In this document: positions 27,135-39,435 of the stretch, piece after piece
How positions within the stretch are numbered: the first letter of the stretch is position 1
Layout: each line of letters begins with the position of its first letter
DNA from: Octopus vulgaris
Lineage: Eukaryota
Assembly (NCBI GenBank): GCA_951406725.2
Contig: OX597829.1
Coordinates: 56,420,001-56,484,000, forward strand
DNA: 64,000 nt
Direction: 5' to 3'
The notes under the pieces: generated by a model
The model's database searches: none
Told to the model about the DNA's origin: nothing
Seen by the model: only the letters and a program-made list of their open reading frames with translations
Position numbers and translations under genes: made by a program

Positions 27135-27657
27135 TAGTGGGGTGCAAAGAGCACCATACAAGTGTGATCGTTGACAGAGCAGCTAACCGGCCTCCGTGCC
27201 CGGTGGCACATAAAAGGCACCATTCGAGTGTGATCATTACCAGCATTGCCTTGCTGGCACTTGTGCCCCGTGCTAGTAGGGGGCTAAGAGCACCATCTGA
27301 GCATGATTGTTGTCAGAGCTGCTAACTGGCCTCCGTGCCCGGTGGCACGTAAAAGGCACCATTCGAGCGTGGTCGTTACCAGCATTGCCTTACTGGCACT
27401 TGTGCCGGTGGCATGTGTAAAAGGATTCAAGTGAAGTCGTTGCCAGTACCGCCTGACTGGCCCCCATGCCAGTGGCACGTAAAAGCACCCACTACACTCT
27501 CGGAGTGGTTGACGTTAGGAAGGGCATCCAGCTGTAGAAACTCTGCCAGATCAAGACTGGAGCCTGGTGCAGCCATGTGGTTCGCCAGCCCTCAGTCAAA
27601 TCATCCAACCCATGCTAGCATGGAAAATAGACGTTAAACGATGATGATGATGATGAT
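27135..27657 (+). mobile_element. RTE 3' UTR with internal tandem modules and (GAT)n tail
   Basis: Repeated ccggtggcac(g/a)taaaaggcaccattcgag modules followed by the standard tail. Confidence 0.85.
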
Positions 27658-27674
27658 ATTCATATATTCGTCAT

Positions 27675-27863
27675 GATAGATTGCTAGCCACTACACATTC
27701 TTTAATTTCTCTCCTTGTTTCTTTCTGTGTTCCTTTCTGAGGAAGAGTGTAGACTTGAAACATTAAAGACTTTTTCACTTCCCGAGCATTAGACTAATAC
27801 ATCTGTTTGTTGTCTACACCACCTGTCTTCGTCTTTTGTTTGTTTTTTTGTGAATTCCCCCCC
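27675..27863 (+). mobile_element. Short element carrying a hammerhead-like motif
   Basis: cttt-CTGAGGA-A-GAGT(gtag)ACTT-GAAA-CAT-T-AAAG at 27733-27768. Homologous to 63150-63337. Confidence 0.65.
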
Positions 27864-28294
27864 TAATATATGTATATATACAGGTAGAATAATTAGTGGA
27901 CTGTTACATAGATGTATGTATGTATGTATGTGTGTATATGTATACGTACATGTGTATGTAGGTAAATGAATATGTATGTAAACAGATAGACATACAGATA
28001 GATAGGTACATAGGTAATATGAACAGACACACACACACATACATACACAAATGAAGACTGAAACACATGACAGTATACACACACACTTCACTTCACACAA
28101 GGACAGATGCATACATATTCACAAAAACCCATACACAGACATGCACACACACAAGCACACACACACATGCAAACATATGAATATGCAGAATACATACATA
28201 CAAATGTACACACATACATACATATATATATATATATGCATACACTCACATGTACACATGCACAAAAACAAACAAAAAGAGCGCAGATCGGATA

Positions 28295-28670
28295 ACGGAC
28301 AGTTTTAGGTTCAGACCCATTGTGTGGCACCAGACTGACCAAAGCCTTGGGAGCAGATTTGGTAGACAGAAACAAGCCTGTCCTATACGTGTGAGTGTGT
28401 GTTTGTGTGTGTGTGTGTTTGTCCTCTATCACTGCTTGACAACCAGTGTTGATATGTTTATGCCCCTCCCCCCTAACTTAGCAGTTCAGCAAAAGAGACT
28501 GATAGAATAAGTACTTGGCTTAAATAATAAGTCCTGGGCGGTTTGTTCGATTAAAACCCCTTCAAAGCCAGAATTAAAAAAGTATAGGGTTGATTCATTC
28601 AACTAACAATTCTTAAAAGTGGTGCACCAGTATGGCCACAGTCTAATGACTGAAACAAGTAAAATAAAAT
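28295..28670 (+). mobile_element. SINE family A, decayed
   Basis: gaccaaagccttg...gatttggtagacagaaac...gcaaaagagactgatagaataagtact. Confidence 0.75.
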
Positions 28671-29371
28671 ATGCCTTCCATGTTCTCAGCTCACTTCTCT
28701 ACATTATATTCTTTAAGTCTATCAAACAGGAATTTGAAACTGAATACTTCTGGGAACTTCTGTATGTCCCTGACCTTGTAATTATTACAGAATATATTCA
28801 AAATTAAGATTAATATGTAAACTTAACAGCTGCTAATCTATAGCTATGGTAATCTTATTAGTGTCTAGCCAAATTGTATATTATTTTGATGTTATCATAA
28901 TAACAAATATAAAAGATTAAAATATTCTTTTGTTAACTTTGTTCACAATAATCAGCAGATTTAGCAAGTGGGACCTTGTCTGTGGGCCTATTTTTCACAT
29001 GTTTGGTTCTCTATTAAACTTTAACATTTAAAACAAGGATATGTGGTATTACAGAAGTAGAGAAACTAATTTGACAGATTCCTTAATTATTTCCTGAATT
29101 GTTCATGTTAAAGGTCAAAGTTCAGTTATGCCAGACAAGTGTCAACAAATTTCTCAAATTAATTTCTCTCATAAAATACTGGTGAATGTTTCTTAGAGAA
29201 TTATAAAATAAAACCCAAAGTATCTACAATGAACCCAATACGTCATTCAACTATTTGATAGTCATTGAAAGTACATGATTTATAACAGCTTGTTCAGGGT
29301 ATGCAAGTGTGTCATATTGATAACTAAAAAATTATTATAAGCAAAGTGGTTTTTAGCTGTCTGTAATGTAA

Positions 29372-29579
29372 CCCTTTTGTTACCATATTGTTGTTGAGAT
29401 GCTTTGTGTTTCTTTCAATTACTTTAAATATAACAAAGAATTTAGTTATCATTCACCAAGTGTTAGGAACATAAATAGTGACTAAGGTTTGGTGGAAGAT
29501 TTTAATTCAAAACTTATGAAAACAAGACGTTTGTACTACAGAGCCAGATCCGGTTTCATCCGGGTTGGTATAAAAAGGG
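29372..29579 (+). mobile_element. piggyBac-like MITE
   Basis: (g)taa|CCCTTTTGTTACCA ... TGGTATAAAAAGGG|ttaa. Inverted homolog at 52527-52738. Confidence 0.7.
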
Positions 29580-30029
29580 TTAATCATTGTACAGAAAGTA
29601 AAACATTGGTGGATGGCATGTGGGAAACATGTGCAAGAGAGCTGTAAGTAAAGTTTTGAGCAGCAGTACTTATTCTCCATGGTTCTGAGACTATAATGCA
29701 GAGTTTAGGACTAAGAAACTTTTAGGTACTGATAAATTGGTTGTCAATACTAAATCAGTGGTAATCATCATCATCATCATTTACCATCTGTTTTTCCATG
29801 CTGGCATGGGTTGGACAGTTTGACAGGAGCTGGCAAGGCTGGAGAGCTGTACCAGACTCCAATGTCTGTTTTGGCAGACTTTTTACAGTTGGGTGCCCTT
29901 AATAACACCAACCCCTTTATAGTGTGGACTGGGTGCTTTTTAAGTAATACCAACACTGTAAGGATGTACTTGGGCTTCCTCCTTCATTTCAAACTAAGCA
30001 AGACCAATTACTTTTGTTCCATCCTCCAT

Positions 30030-30280
30030 GCATCCTTTCCAGGTCTTCTTGTGTCATCCAACTTTCCTCTTTCCTTCAGACTGGCAGTCTAACACTCGTC
30101 TTACAATGCTGCTTGGAGGTCTCCTTAGAGTGTGACTGATCCAATCCCATTTCCTTTTCAGAATTTTTTGTTTGATGGGAGTTTGGTTTGTTTTATCCCA
30201 AAGACTTCTGTTTGAAATTTTGTTCAACCACCAGAACTTGAGAATGCAGTGCTGACATTTGTTGAAGGTCTGTAGCAACC
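30030..30280 (-). mobile_element. RTE C-terminal fragment
   Basis: KRKWDWISHTLRRPPSSIVRRVLD...GKRK. Confidence 0.75.
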
Positions 30281-30289
30281 CCAGCTGCT

Positions 30290-31530
30290 AGCCATTCATG
30301 GATTTCCAGCAATCCTTCTTAAGTCATGCAAACAAGCCCTTGCAAAACTATTGCAGCTTTTTTTTTTCAGAAGTTCTTTGCAAACTGAAGGTGGGGATAA
30401 TATGCCCTATTCATAAAGAGGGAAGCAGGGCAGATGTTAAAACTATAGTCTCTCTGACAGCACCCATCAGCAACATTATAGAATGAATAGTCTGCTAGAA
30501 ATGAATTGCATTCCTTGAAGAGAATGACTTGCTGACTGGCACCCAGCATGGTTTCCACTCAGATAAAAGCTGCCTGACACAGCCCTTGCAGCATTATGAC
30601 TGGGTGTTAAAGCAGCTGCCCGACAACTCTAATGTGGATGTGATATATCTTGACTTTGCAAAAGCCTTTGATAAAGTCGACCATGGTATGATATGTCACA
30701 AGCTGTGTGATCTCAACTACATAGAAAACTTGGAGTATGGCTGCATGACTTCCTAAATGATATAAGTTAGATAGTGGTGGTCAGTGGGGCTACCTCCAAG
30801 GAAAGGCAAATAATGAGTGGTGTTCTACAGGGCACTGTCTTGGAGCCACTGCTATTCATATTGACCCTTTCAGACATGCCGTCAGCTGCTCAGATAGCCA
30901 CACTTGCTAGCCATGCAGATAATACAAAAGTCTCTCAGAGGATACTGAACCTTGGAGATATTGCACATCTGAAACAAGAGTTGGACGTAGGTGGGCTGAG
31001 GAAAATAACATGCAGTTTAATGCAGAAAAATTCCAAGCCCTGCACTACCAGCACACAAAGCTGAATGAAAAGCAGATAGGATGCACTGGTGCAGGAGGGA
31101 TTGCAATCCCTGAATCAAAATCAGAGTATGTCCTGGGCATCGACATGAGTAATGATGCATCTTTCCAGGTGCACATTACTAAATTTGCAATAAAATGCAG
31201 ACGCCGGGCCAGATGGATCCTTCAAACTTTTAAAATAAGAGAAAAGGAAACTTTATGCTCCTCATGATGGAGGGCTTTCGTTTTCAGCCATCTGGATTAC
31301 AACTCCCAGTTGTGGTCACCAAACAGTGTAAAATTAACAATGGCACTCAAGGTTGTCCAGTGAAACTACATAAAGAAGATCAATACAATGCAATGCAACA
31401 TATCAACTACTGGGAGAGACTAAAAGACTTAAGACCTTACTCCCTGGAGTGAAAGCAGGAAACATGCAGTAATATACATCTGGAAAATCCCAGAAAAACT
31501 TGTGCCAGACTTTGGCATTGTCAGATTCAT
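30290..31530 (+). mobile_element. CR1-clade LINE RT fragment
   Basis: QHGFHSDKSCLTQ; VDVIYLDFAKAFDKVDH; SGVLQGTVLEPLLF; HADNTK; MQFNAEK; YWERLKDLRPYSLE. Confidence 0.9.
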
Positions 31531-32260
31531 AAACAGATTGATAGAAGGAGGAGGCGGGGTAAAGGAAAGAAAATATCGGAAACCAAATAAATGAGAAATA
31601 TAGCAGCAACATGTGAATTAAATAAAACCCTAAAGTCTTGGAAAAAGATATATCTAGTAGATGTGAAATGTAAGAAGAAAATCAATGTTTAAATTATATA
31701 TAATGATAGATATCACTTATATGAACTAAAGGTGTGTTTCTGCCAATGTTTACATCAATAAGAATGATCTATAACTGTGTTTACAAGGGGATTTTTAAAA
31801 GAAAGAATAAAAAATAGTTCACAATTACAGAGAAGACAAAATTCCTTGCCTTTATCATAAGAGAACGAAATTGAGAGAATCAACCAATCTAAATTAAATT
31901 GTTTATTATGGTCTTTTAGATACCAAATTAATTTACTAAGCCCTGTAATGTTACGTTTATTCCTATCTCTAAATGTAGAGTAATGATTAGAAATTCTTTT
32001 AGATAACTGAGAAGAACTACCTATATATAAAAAGACATCAGTACCTGAAGTAATTTTACACTGGTAATCTTAGAATTACTTGACATAAACTTAATTCTGT
32101 TGGAGTTGACTTCAAAGACAATAACCTTGTTATTAATATTTCTAATGGGATGGATGGTATTTGCTATATCTAGTTAGTATTAGTAAATGGATTCTTATTT
32201 AACAGACTATAATATTATGTGAGGAGATAATTTGTAAGAGATTTTTTGTATTGGAAAAAC

Positions 32261-33556
32261 GGATCTTTTCATTTTGAAAGCCAGATTTTCCTAGTTAACT
32301 AAACAATTTGAAACTTCGTATACTGGTAGAATGTGTCGAAAGAAAACATAATTGTAAACCAAAATGAAAACGGAATTGTAATTTCTAAGTTTAACGTTGT
32401 TTAATAATTCGAATTTTAACCAATGATATCCTTTCTTTCGACTTCATATCATTTACTGCCTCTCAAAATATTGTTACTGTGACGTAAACAGCTATTTTGT
32501 GACGTAGTTAATGTAAACATGTAAATAGCTAAAATGTAAACATCCACTTATCGTAACTAAACACTTTCAAACTTCGTGGAGTATATATAAAATTTGTGCC
32601 GATCCTAAATAGCTAAATTCTTTTTGAAAGTCTTAGTATATATAAAATGAGTGTTTAAATTATTTTCCATTGTTTGCATTGCTTACACACACACACACAC
32701 ACATACTAAAATTACATCGTTGGAGCAGTAATTTATTTATGTATTTTTTGTTATACAATTTATTTTTAAGCTGAATCCCTATCCTGCCATTAACCTCTTT
32801 CTTATAAAATAGTTGAAGAATCTGGGGTGTAGGAATTGGGCCAGTATTGGAACTTTTAACTTCTTGCTCTCTATCTTATGATCTCCGAAATTTAAGAATC
32901 TTGTGTTAACTGGGCTCTTATTATTTACTCTGACTCTGCCATCACCTCAATGCAAAGACTATCAATATCAGAATCATCTTCACAACCACCACTACAACCA
33001 TTACTACAACCTCCAATGCCACCACCACAACCATCTTCTGCAACCACAACCTCAAGATCAATACCAGCATCATATTCAAAATCACCAATTTCACCACCAC
33101 TACACTCTGCAATGTCTTCAACACTATCATCCATGAGACATCCTAACATAATCAATGCTACTACTACTATCATCATCATTATCATCATCATCCACTGCCA
33201 CCACCACCTCTACAAAAACATCAACACTATAATTGCTGCCATCATACACATCCACTGTCACCACTACACCACCACCATGATAACCACATCTACCACAGCT
33301 GTTTGCTTACTGCTTACCCACTCACAAAATAGCTGTCTACGTCACAGTAACACTATGCAGCTAATAATTTCAAATGAAAACAGACAATACGATTGGTTAA
33401 AATTTGCAGATTTAAACTACGTTTAAACTTATAAAATACATTTTTCTCAAAAAACTAGTTGAAATTACTGTTTTCTTTTGACACATTCTACCAGTATACG
33501 AAGTTTCAAATTATTTAGTTAACTAGAAAAATCTGGCTTTCAAAATGAAAAGATCC
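32261..33556. mobile_element. Non-autonomous DNA transposon, Merlin-like
   Basis: TIRs of about 85 bp begin GGATCTTTTCATTTTGAAAGCCAGA. Perfect 8-bp TSD GGAAAAAC (32253-60, 33557-64). The interior is low-complexity CCA/CAT. Confidence 0.8.
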
Positions 33557-33569
33557 GGAAAAACCAATC

Positions 33570-34815
33570 CTAACCGTATGCGAGCTGATAATAGAGTAAT
33601 ACCCAAAACTGAAGTGGAAGATTAGATTTAATCTGCCTCCCATAAGGAATAATCAACCAAATAGTTTTGCTATTAGTTGCCTTATATTTAGTGTAACTAT
33701 CTTTAAAAGACATCGATTTACCTTTAGAATGAAACAAGGGGTTTAAATATGGGTTATCTCCCTTCCTCTGTTTGGTGTTGGTGTATAAATTAAAATTGAT
33801 ATCGTTTATATCGTTACAACTAGATTTCATGTCTCCATTAGTAAAGGTAGAATAAGATTGAATGGAATTAATGCAGGTAACTATATCTGAATAACGTGCT
33901 TTAAGTTATTGAAAATGTCAACATTGGCAGATAACTTAGACAATCTAAATGAAATATCCTTAACTAAGTTCTTACTGATTGCCCTAGAATGATTACTGAA
34001 TTGGCTAATATACTTAAGATTGGTCGATGGTTTGTGGTATGGGAAGTACGAATTATTGGATAAGTTAAGTGTAGCATCTAAAAAGTTGGCCTTCATTACA
34101 TCATCATCAAAAACAATGCTTAAGCCCATTCTAGAGAAAAACTTAAACTATTCTTAACCTTTTGTACTTTTTGGTTAGAAACATTTTGAAGGTAAAGTAA
34201 ACAATCACCATGATATAGACCTCCATTTATGTTTGGGAACTGGTCTGCCATTTCATAAAGTGTATATATATACAGACTAAATCAGCTATTTGTGCTGAAT
34301 CAGAACTTCCTATCGTAACATCAAAACCATTGTGTGTGTCTTTATGGACCCACATCTTATTATCAAACTTTATGATAGATTTTCTGGCAGCCAACATTAA
34401 TTTCTTCCCTGGTGAGACCAGCTTTGATATGAGCAAGCCAAAGTACTATTGGGTTGATGGAGGAATAAAAACTAGAAATGTCCAACTGGACAAACTTAGT
34501 GCTCCTCTTATTAGTAATAGAACTAAACCAGTCAACGACTTGGAATGAATTGGACCATAAACTAAGCTTTAATTATTTTTAACTAAGGTAGATATATTTT
34601 TATCTAGAATATTTTTACTAAGTACACCGATGTCAGAGCTAGAAAGACAGATAAGCCTCAAGGATGGGTTATTAAAAAAATGTTGCTTCTGATCTTCCAA
34701 AATAAACTGAGTTTGCTTAGGATCAAGTGGTTCTGTCTTCATCTGTAATTTTCTCCATAATTTTCTTAGCCTCAGGGTTAGCTTTCTGAGTACACCTTTA
34801 CCAGCTGTCTTCATT
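33570..34815 (-). mobile_element. PLE RT remnant (Hydra-clade-like)
   Basis: FDVTIGSSDSAQIADLV; NFLDATLNL...PYHKP...YISQFSNH...RLSKLS; TIWLIIPY. Confidence 0.8.
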
Positions 34816-35014
34816 CATATGTAACAAATGGCCATACCAGCACAGTCGCTTCTCTTGCACACCACATTTGATGCTTCTTATGCCCAACTTTTCTCTCAGA
34901 GCACTTACACTCTGTCTTGTATGCACACTGACGTTACATTACACATCCAGCGGATCAGACCAGCTTCATTTCATTCAAGCCTATGCATGTCCTCAGCATT
35001 CATGGCCCATGCTT

Positions 35015-35163
35015 CAATCGATTTTTGTAATTTTTTCAAGACTTATACACGCCTTGATACCGTCGGTATCTACATATCAAATTTGAGCGCAATTGCATGG
35101 AGGATGCCCAAGATCCTAGAAGACGCACACACAGACAGACAGAACGGATTTTATATAAGAGAT
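35015..35163 (+). mobile_element. Helitron/Helentron-like non-autonomous 3' end
   Basis: tcaaatttgagcgcaat...cacacagacagacag...ttttatataagagat resembles Lep1/HINE-type termini. Confidence 0.4.
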
Positions 35164-35367
35164 GTGTGTGTGTGTGTGTGTATGTATATATTTATACATG
35201 TATACATATGTACAGATGTATGCATATATTTATATGTAGACATATATACATATATATATGTAAATATATATATATCTATGTTTATAAGTATATGTGTGTA
35301 TGTATATGTGTATGTATATATGTGCATGTGTATGTGTGTGTGTATATACTTATATATATAAATTTTA

Positions 35368-35503
35368 GCTTCCTTACCAACCACATGGTCCTATGTTGAA
35401 TCCCACTGCGTGGCACCTTGGGCAAGTGTCATCTACTATAGCCTCAGGCTGGTCAAAGCTTTGTGACTGGATTTGGTAGAGAGAAATTGAAAGAGGCCTG
35501 TTG

Positions 35504-35543
<40 letters not shown>

Positions 35544-35735
35544 CGTGTGTATGTTTTTGTACCTGTGTTTGTCCCACCCCATCTTCATTTGACAACCAGT
35601 GGTGGTGTGTTTATGTCCACGTAATGTAGTGGTTCAGCAAAAGAGACCAATAGAATAAGTACTAGGCTTACAAAGGATAATTTCTAAGGTTAATTTAGCA
35701 TGGCCACAGTCAAATGACTGAAACTAAATAAAAGA
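35368..35735 (+). mobile_element. SINE family A
   Basis: accaaccacatggt...cccactgcgtggcaccttgggcaagtg...aaatgactgaaac. Confidence 0.8.
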
Positions 35736-35759
35736 GTGTGTGTGTGTATATATATATAT

Positions 35760-35893
<134 letters not shown>

Positions 35894-35895
35894 TA

Positions 35896-35966
35896 AACCG
35901 GTGACAGCCGTACGCTGAAGACAGGCAAATACCTAGAAACTGCAGTCCGTGCGTGTCACTTAGGTT
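35896..35966 (+). ncRNA. Type-I hammerhead ribozyme motif with extended stem I
   Basis: GUGACA-gc-CGUACG [CUGAAGA] CAGG-caaaua-CCUA [GAAA] CUGCAG-UC CGUGCG-UGUCAC. Stem III is palindromic (ACUGCAGU). Predicted cleavage after C35947. Confidence 0.7.
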
Positions 35967-36119
35967 GACGAGAGAGGGATGACCTCCCTTTGCAAATACC
36001 ATAAGGGCACAGAAAGTGTGTCTAAAGCCAGCTGGAGACGATGATCTCCTGGGGCTAAAAGCTACAGTAACACCCACCCTTAGTGGTTAGCCATATTGAG
36101 ATGGCTAGTATACTTTACG

Positions 36120-36150
<31 letters not shown>

Positions 36151-36327
36151 TGTTTATATATTTGTTGTGCAAGATTTTTTATGTGAAGTCGTGTGTTGAA
36201 ACAGATATTGTTATATTTCGGAATGGTCATTTTGCCAGTTTAGCCAATAAAAACACACGCACTATATATTTGGTGTTATTTTGCTTCAGTGATATTTATT
36301 TTTTACATTAATCTTAATCTTATTTCG

Positions 36328-36369
36328 GCCAAAGTTCTTTCGTCACACTCCTGTGACCGCATCAGTGGT
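36328..36369 (-). ncRNA. Minimal hammerhead-like motif (A9C variant)
   Basis: CCA-CUGAUGC-G-GUCACA(ggag)UGUGAC-GAAA-GAAC-UU-UGG. Confidence 0.5.
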
Positions 36370-36944
36370 CCTTTGTTTTCTTCTCACTTATTTGTGTCTC
36401 TCCTTACTAACCGTCAGTCATTTTGTATTTCTATTGTATGTCCTCATTTGCGCATGCTTATATCTCTATGTGCGTCTATGTTTATTTAGTGTGTGTGTGT
36501 GTGGAGGGATGCCTGTAATATTTGTATCTTCCGTTTATATACATTCATGTAATTTGAGATGAGTACACTCGATTCTATGAACTTAAAAAATGTGCAAATT
36601 ATAGTTGTCCCCAGTTGAATTCAAATTCAGTATAAAGGGCAACAGTTTGGTACTGAATGGCAGTTTGTTATTCGATAGTTTAGTAATGAAACATTAAGAT
36701 ACCTTTCTCAGCAAAAATATCAATTTCTTACTTTTTCTCAGCTTTTATAACATGTATAACTTTCAAAGTTATTAAATGTTACTTCAACCTTCACTTTTGT
36801 AAGAAATTTATAAAAGCTAACCTCCAACAATATACTGTATACATAAACATGTACTATACAAACCTATTGTAAAGACTTGTGCTCAAAGTTACACAACTTG
36901 GCATTCTGCTATTCAAAATGTACATCCTCAAGAATTTATGCTTG

Positions 36945-38364
36945 GAATAGTACTTCAAGCAATAACAGAGGAATTCAAAACGGGATGCCCCTGGGAGCTC
37001 CTCTATGCCGATGACCTAGCTCTCATAGCAGAATCACTACCGGAACTAGAAGAGAAATTTCGGGTATGGAAGCAAGGGTTGGAATCAAAGGGCCTTAGAA
37101 TAAATGTAGCAAAGACCAAAGTATTAGTAAGCAGCAAGAGGTACTCAACACACATCCCCTCGGGTAGGTGGCCCTGCTCAACCTGTAGGAAAGGTACAGG
37201 TAGAAACTCCATAAGATGCACCCAATGTAAGTTATGGACACATAAGAGGTGCAGCAACATTAAAGGGAAATTAACAGATAAGATAGCTTTCATGTGCGGC
37301 AGATGCACAGGGACAATAGACACAACAGACACTCAGAAAACAGATTCCATCACACTCCAGGGAGAGAAACTAGAAGTAGTTGATAGTTTCCGCTACCTGG
37401 GAGACCAAGTTAGTAGCGGAGGTGGATGCACAGAGAGTATCACCACTAGAATACGAATAGCCTGGGCAAAGTTCAGAAAGCTCCTACCCCTACTGGCAAC
37501 AAAAGGCCTCTCCCTCAGAGCAAAAGGTAGATTATATGATGCATGTGTGCGAACTGCCATGCTTCACGGTAATGAAACATGGGCTGTGACTGCAGAAGAC
37601 ATGCGTAGACTTGAAAGAAATGAAGCTAGCATGATCCGCTGGATGTGTAGTGTCAGTGTGCACGCAAAACAGAGTGTAAGTATCCTGAGAGAAATGCTGG
37701 ATATAAGAAGCATCAGATGTGGTGTGCAAGAGCGACGCTTGCGATGGTATGGTCATGTGCTGCGGATGGATGAAGAGAGATGTGTGAAGAAGTGCCACTC
37801 CCAAACAGTTGAAGGTATCAGGGGGAGAGGTAGACCCAGGAAGACATGGGATGAGGTGGTCAAGCATGACCTCAGAGCATTGGGCCTCACTGATGCAATG
37901 GCGAAGGACCGAGATCTCTGGAGATATGCTGTGACTACAAAGACCCGGGCTGCTTTCTGCAACAATTCCACATACCCCCTACCCATTCTAAGTACCCCCC
38001 TACCCATTCTAAGTACCCCCCCTACCCATTCTAAGTACCCCGGATCCCCAAAGTAGCCTGGATCCCCAAAATACCCCAATCCCCAAAGTACCCCGGACCT
38101 CGTTGCCCCCGTGCCGCTGACACGTTAAAATGCTCGAATCCGATCGTGACGATGCCGGACCCTCCGGCCCCTGTGCAGGTGGCACGTAAAAAGCACCCAA
38201 TCCACTCACGGAGTGGTTGGCGTTAGGAAGGGCATCCAGCCGTAGAAACTCTGCCAGATTCAGACTGGAGCCTGGAGCGGCCCCTGGCTTCCCAGACCCG
38301 GTCAAACCGTCCAACCCGTGCTAGCGCGGAAAGCGGACGTTAAACGATGATGATGATGATGATG
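36945..38364 (+). mobile_element. Young 5'-truncated RTE LINE: uninterrupted RT C-terminal ORF with PHD-like finger, 3' UTR and (GAT)n
   Basis: 372-aa ORF: ELLYADDLAL; CSTC...CTQCKLWTHKRC...CGRC; FRYLGD; RLRWYGHVLR; RGRGRPRKTW. Confidence 0.92.
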
Positions 38365-38528
38365 AAAGAGCAGTCAAAATAGGAAGTGGTTTAGAAACGT
38401 ACATTTTAGATAATATATATTTATACATACATATATATATATATATATGTATAAATATATATTACATATATATAAATGTATGTATATATATATGTATGTA
38501 TATATATGTGTGTATATATATGTGTGTG

Positions 38529-38577
<49 letters not shown>

Positions 38578-38610
38578 GTATATATATATATATGTGTGTA
38601 TATATGTATA

Positions 38611-38643
<33 letters not shown>

Positions 38644-38654
38644 GTATAGCATAA

Positions 38655-39435
38655 CTGAGGGCTGGCGAACATGACTGAGGGCTGGGGCCCAATGTTTGCA
38701 CCAGGCTCCAATCTTGATTTGGCAGAGTTTCTACAATTGGATGCCCTTCCTAACGCCAACCACTCTGAGAGTGTAGTGGGTGCTTTTTACGTCCCACCAG
38801 CACGGGGGCCAGTCAGGCGGTACTGGCAACAGCCACGCTCAAATGGTGCTTTTTATGTGCCACCTGCACAGGAGCCAGTCCAGCGGCACTGGTAACGACC
38901 TCACTCAAATTTTTTTTTTCACGTGCCACCAGCACAAGTGCCAGTAAAGCGATGCAGGTAACAATCACGCTCAAATGGTGCTTTTTACATGCCACCGGCA
39001 TGGAGGCCAGCTTGTTGCTCTTATGGTGCTCTTAGCGCTCTACTAGCACGGATGCCAGTCATCAAATTTGATATTGATCTCAATTTCAATTTCACTTGCA
39101 TCAACAGGTCTTCGCAAGCAAGGTTTATTGTCCAATGAAGGAAAGGTACGCATAAGTGGACTGGTTACACCCATGGAATAGGCCACGAGGTTATGGTTTC
39201 ACTTGGCTTGCCAAGTCTTCTCAAGCACAGCATATTTCCAGAGGCCCCAGTCACTAGTCATTGCCTTGGTGGGGCCCAATGTTTGAAGGTCATGCTTCAC
39301 CACTTCATCCCAGGTCTTCCTGGGTCTACCTCTTCCACAGGTTCCCTCAACTGCTAGGGTGTGACACTTTTTCACACAGCTATCCTCATCCATTCTCGCC
39401 ACATGGCCATACCTGCGCAGTCGTCTCTTGCACCC
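38655..39435 (-). mobile_element. RTE C-terminus plus 3' UTR, antisense to the copy at 36945
   Basis: RMDEDSCVKKCHTLAVEGTCGRGRPRKTWDEVVKHDL, followed by the tail. Confidence 0.85.

Noticed and set aside
27135-27500. CRISPR-like repeat/spacer appearance
   Set aside because: The spacers are themselves homologous, the context is a eukaryotic LINE UTR, and no cas genes are present.
32903-33426. Pro/Ser/Thr/His-rich ORFs
   Set aside because: Degenerate CCA/CAT trinucleotide repeats inside a non-autonomous transposon, with no domain or convincing splice structure.
35990-36093. Twister, HDV-like ribozyme or SECIS assignment for the structured module
   Set aside because: The required pseudoknots or the AUGA/GA quartet could not be built by eye, so it is left unassigned.
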